Shown one piece after another: positions 60,708-64,000 of a DNA stretch of 64,000 nt. The first letter of the stretch is position 1. Every line of letters starts with the position of its first letter. Made by a program: the position numbers and the translations under genes. Below the pieces are notes generated by a model, which worked only from the letters and a program-made list of their open reading frames with translations, ran no database searches and was not told where the DNA came from. The stretch lies in assembly GCA_963798825.1 (NCBI GenBank), contig CAWCVE010000003.1:19250-83249 (forward strand). Direction: 5' to 3'. This stretch comes from an uncultured Alphaproteobacteria bacterium (lineage in GTDB: Bacteria; Pseudomonadota; Alphaproteobacteria; Rhizobiales; Xanthobacteraceae).

Positions 60708-63158
60708 TCAATTCGGGATGTAAAGATGGGCTGGCGCCAAGCCGGCCTGGTGACGCTCATGCATAGCGATATAGGCGGCTTCGATATCCTTCGTGAACAG
60801 CTTGGTATCGAACAAGGGTGTAGTGAGCCGGTTTTTTGCCAGTTTACGTTTGATCATTGCCATTTTTTCTGGCTGCATCGCAAGTTCAATTGCCATCCGC
60901 TCATAAGCCTCCGGCGTTGCGGCGATAAGTTCGGGCAAACCTATCGCGTTTAGCAAGCTTGCAGCCATCCGCCCGCTAAGGGTCTCACCGATCCGCGTTA
61001 AGACTGGCAGCCCCGCCCAAAGCGCGTCACTGGCGGTGGTGCCCGCATTGTAAGGCAGAGTGTCAAGAAATAAATCTGCCAAGCGAAGCCGCGCTTGATA
61101 TTCAGGCAATGGCAGCCGCCGCGCAAAGATCAATCGCTCGGCGTCGACCCCTCTTGCTGCGAGATTCCTTTCTTAGGTTTTGTTCCATGGTCGGGCCTCC
61201 CTCGACAAGCCACAATACACTGCCGTCCACTTGTTTGAGGATCCGCATCCAAATATCGAAAACGTCGGGTGTGATCTTGTAGTTATTGTTGAAGCAACTG
61301 AACACGAAGCCGTCGTCTGGCAGACCGGCCTCCGCTCGTACAAAGATTTTGTCGGCGATGCGGCGGTCTCGATCGTTAACTTGGAAACTGTTGGGAAGAC
61401 AAACAATCTTTTCCGAAAAGAACTTGTATTGATCTGGCGGGACAACAATTCGGTCGGCAATGATGTAGTCAATATATGGCGCGCCCATCGTTCCCACGTA
61501 ACCGAGATAATTGACCTGAATTGGTGCTGGCCGGGTCGCGAAGATGCCTGTGCGTAAGTTCCGCGTAAAACCCATCAAATCGACTGCAATATCGATCTCT
61601 AATTCGCGAATGAGACTGGCGATCTCAACTGCCCCTTGCGTATTGACGTCAATAAATCTTTCAACTGATTTCCTTATTCGGTCGCGTATTTCCGAACCGT
61701 CGTGAGGCCCCCATGCTATTGCAGTGGTCTCAAAGCGCGATTTGTCATGGCATTCGAACATACCTGCGGTCAGAAAAGACACTGGGTGTTGACCGAAGTC
61801 GCCTGACAAATAAGCGATGCGAATGCGATCGTGCTTGTAGCGCTCGCCGCGCCAAATTGGCGACATTGCAGGGTATTTATCAGCAACAATGAGCTGGGCA
61901 CACCGCAGTTGATCGGAGGGTGTCGACGCAACGGAGAGAAGCGCGAACGGAACACTTGCGGGTTTTCCTTCCCGAATCACAGCGAGAAGGTGAGAGGTTT
62001 CCGTCTGCAAAGCTGTCCAATCACATATGTCTTGCTTCGAGTGGAGCCGATCGCCCTCTACGTATTTGAGATCGGGGTTGATCGCCAATGCTCTGTCATA
62101 TGCGCCGATGGCATCATCGTACAGTTTGAATCTTGGCAAAGAGATTGCCGCGACCGACCCAGGCTTCGGCAAGGTCCGGTTCAATGCTATTGCCTTTTCA
62201 AAGGAGACGTTAGCCTCGTCATCGCGCAAAAGATCGTAATAAACATTGCCGAGGCCGGCCAACGCACCTGCAAGATCGGATTGAGCGCAAGAGCTTTATC
62301 GTAGGCGGCTTCGGCCTCGTCATAGCGGTTAACGCCGTAAAAAAGATTGCCTCGACCAACATGGGCCTCGGCGAGATCGGCTTTTAAAGTCAGTGCGGTA
62401 TTATACGAAATCAATGCGTCATCGTGTTGCTTGAGTTCGGTATAAACGTTGCCGAGCTAAGCCACGCTCATAAGGAGGTTTTAACGTCAACGCTTTGTCG
62501 TAAGCAGCTAATGCATCATTATACTGCCTGAGCTTGGCATAAACGTTGCCGCGGCCAAGCCATGCCCCCGCAACGAGGCCTTTGAAGTCCGTCGCCTTGT
62601 CGTAAGCGGCGAGTGCGCCTTTGTATTGCTTGAGTTTGTAATGGACGTTGCCGCGGCCGATCCAGGCCTCAACGAGTTCGGGACTGAGCGCCAGGGCCTT
62701 GTCATAGACAGTGAGCGCCTGGTCATAGAGTTTCAACGCGGCAAGGGCTTTTCCCTTGTTACAGAGCGCATCCGGATAATTCGCCTTGATTGACAGCGCT
62801 CTGTCGAAGTCAGCGGCCGCTTCCCGGTAGCGTTTGAGGTCGTTGAAGGTCACTCCCGGTTATTCCAGGTCTCCGGGACGGCCGGATTGATGGCTAGAGC
62901 CTCGCTGAAACGCTGCAAGGCCTCGGCAGGCCGTCTCAGCGCCTTGAGAATGAGCCCATAGTTGTACAGCGTGACATCCGACTTAGGGTTTTCGCTTAAG
63001 GCCCGCCGCGCATAGTCCTCGGCTTCCGCCGGGCGCCCCGTTTGCATCGTCAGGATGGCGAGCAGGTTGAGCGCGCCGGCGTGCGTGGGATGCTCTTGCA
63101 ACAGCGCTTTAAACGAACGCTCTGATCGCGACCCTACGCTGCCATGACAGCTATGCAA
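60708..63158 (-). pseudogene. decayed paralog of the TPR-GT41 (SPINDLY-like) gene at 35005-37398
   Basis: Five track ORFs on three frames (62850-63158, 62419-62853, 62187-62414, 61102-62262, 60708-61133) are collinear with the intact protein. At least 4 frameshifts and one in-frame stop are present. AT-rich. Confidence 0.8.
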
Positions 63159-63377
63159 ACGATGCCCGATATATTACCTCCGGCGGGAGAGCCACTGGCT
63201 ATTTCTCTGTGGATATTGATGCGCGGAAAAGTTTTGACTGCCGTCTTCCTCGTCTGCCATGCAATATTGAAATCACCTTAGTAATACAAGCCGGCTGGGT
63301 TTTGCCGTGCTCTTCCCGTAGAGCCGCCGGCAATCGGTCGGGCCTGCCAATGGAGATGCCTGCGCGGCGCCGTATAC

Positions 63378-64000
63378 ATGCGGACGCGCTTTCTCTATGA
63401 TTTGCGCTATGAGGTGGGAGTGCACAGTATCTTCGTCTCCGCCCGCGACGGCCTTAAGCTGCATGCGCGCTGCTATGGACGGCGCAGCACGTCCGCATTG
63501 CCGGTGGTCTGTCTGCCGGGCTTGGCGCGCACGGCGGCGGATTTCGAGGCGCTCGGCCAAGCACTGGCGAGCGACCGGCATCTACCGCGCCGCGTCATCG
63601 CGCTCGACTACCGTGGCCGCGGCCAATCCGAATACGACCGCGATCCGGCCAATTATAACTTCCAGGTCGAGCTCGCCGACGTGCTCGCCATCATTGCCGC
63701 GCTCGACGCCGCGCGTGCGATTTTCGTCGGCACCTCGCGCGGCGGCATTCTGGCCATGCTGCTCGCCGCCGTGCGGCCGACCGCGATCGCAGGCTGCGTG
63801 CTCAATGACATCGGTCCGGTGATCGAACCGAAGGGGCTGATCCGGATCAAGGGTTATGTCGGCAAGCTGCCGCAGCCGCGATCCTTCGAAGAAGGCGCCG
63901 AAATCCTGCGCCGCCTGTTCGACGCGCAGTTTCCTAAGCTCGGGCCGGCCGATTGGCTCGCCAGCGCGCACCGCACGTTCCGCCAGGAAAACGGCGCCCT
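63378..64000 (+). CDS. alpha/beta hydrolase fold protein (3' end runs off window)
   Basis: ATG at 63378 gives MRTRFLYDLRYEVGVHSIFVSARDGLKLHARCYG..PVVCLPGLARTAADFE..ALDYRGRGQSEYD..FVGTSRGG (nucleophile elbow). Open to base 64000. Confidence 0.7.
   Translation, partial: MRTRFLYDLRYEVGVHSIFVSARDGLKLHARCYGRRSTSALPVVCLPGLARTAADFEALGQALASDRHLPRRVIALDYRGRGQSEYDRDPANYNFQVELADVLAIIAALDAARAIFVGTSRGGILAMLLAAVRPTAIAGCVLNDIGPVIEPKGLIRIKGYVGKLPQPRSFEEGAEILRRLFDAQFPKLGPADWLASAHRTFRQENGA

Overview
This is a high-GC alphaproteobacterial chromosome segment. By eye the core is roughly 60-65% GC, and gene order resembles Bradyrhizobiaceae/Nitrobacteraceae; that taxonomic reading is an inference from synteny and repeat types. 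Most of the window is densely packed housekeeping genes. In order these are yceD-like/cyt-c chaperone/bamE, hppA, thiL-nusB-ribH-ribE-ribD-nrdR-glyA, a valine-catabolism cluster (mmsB, 3-hydroxyisobutyryl-CoA hydrolase, cupin, acyl-CoA DH), hemB, a lone Mo-hydroxylase large subunit, cysH, ilvA, bpt, mntH/mntR and parC. After the island come recO-era-rnc-lepB-acpS-pdxJ-spoT-rpoZ, smpB, mscL, dapA and slt. Two visibly AT-rich accessory blocks interrupt this core. (1) An island of about 12-14 kb (about 29.1-43.6 kb) starts at a tRNA-Lys-like sequence just after parC. It carries glycosyl-/methyl-transferase genes, two enzymes with SecA-type SEC-C zinc tails, an intact TPR-GT41 (SPINDLY-like) protein, a VPLPA-CTERM fragment, an orphan FlgC-like rod protein, an SRAP peptidase and BA14K. 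It also holds IS481 and IS110 transposases, an IS3-type remnant, and a MIC-like element with roughly 119-bp terminal inverted repeats. No integrase is visible. (2) A 2.5-kb block (60.7-63.2 kb) is a heavily decayed paralog of the TPR-GT41 gene. The best candidate for something undescribed is the SEC-C-tailed modification-enzyme set inside island 1. Four conserved ORFs (ribE, cysH and two hypotheticals) each show a single-nucleotide frame disruption, which is either assembly error or real decay. No CRISPR array, rRNA or intact prophage was seen. Many long antisense ORFs in the supplied track are GC-rich shadow frames.
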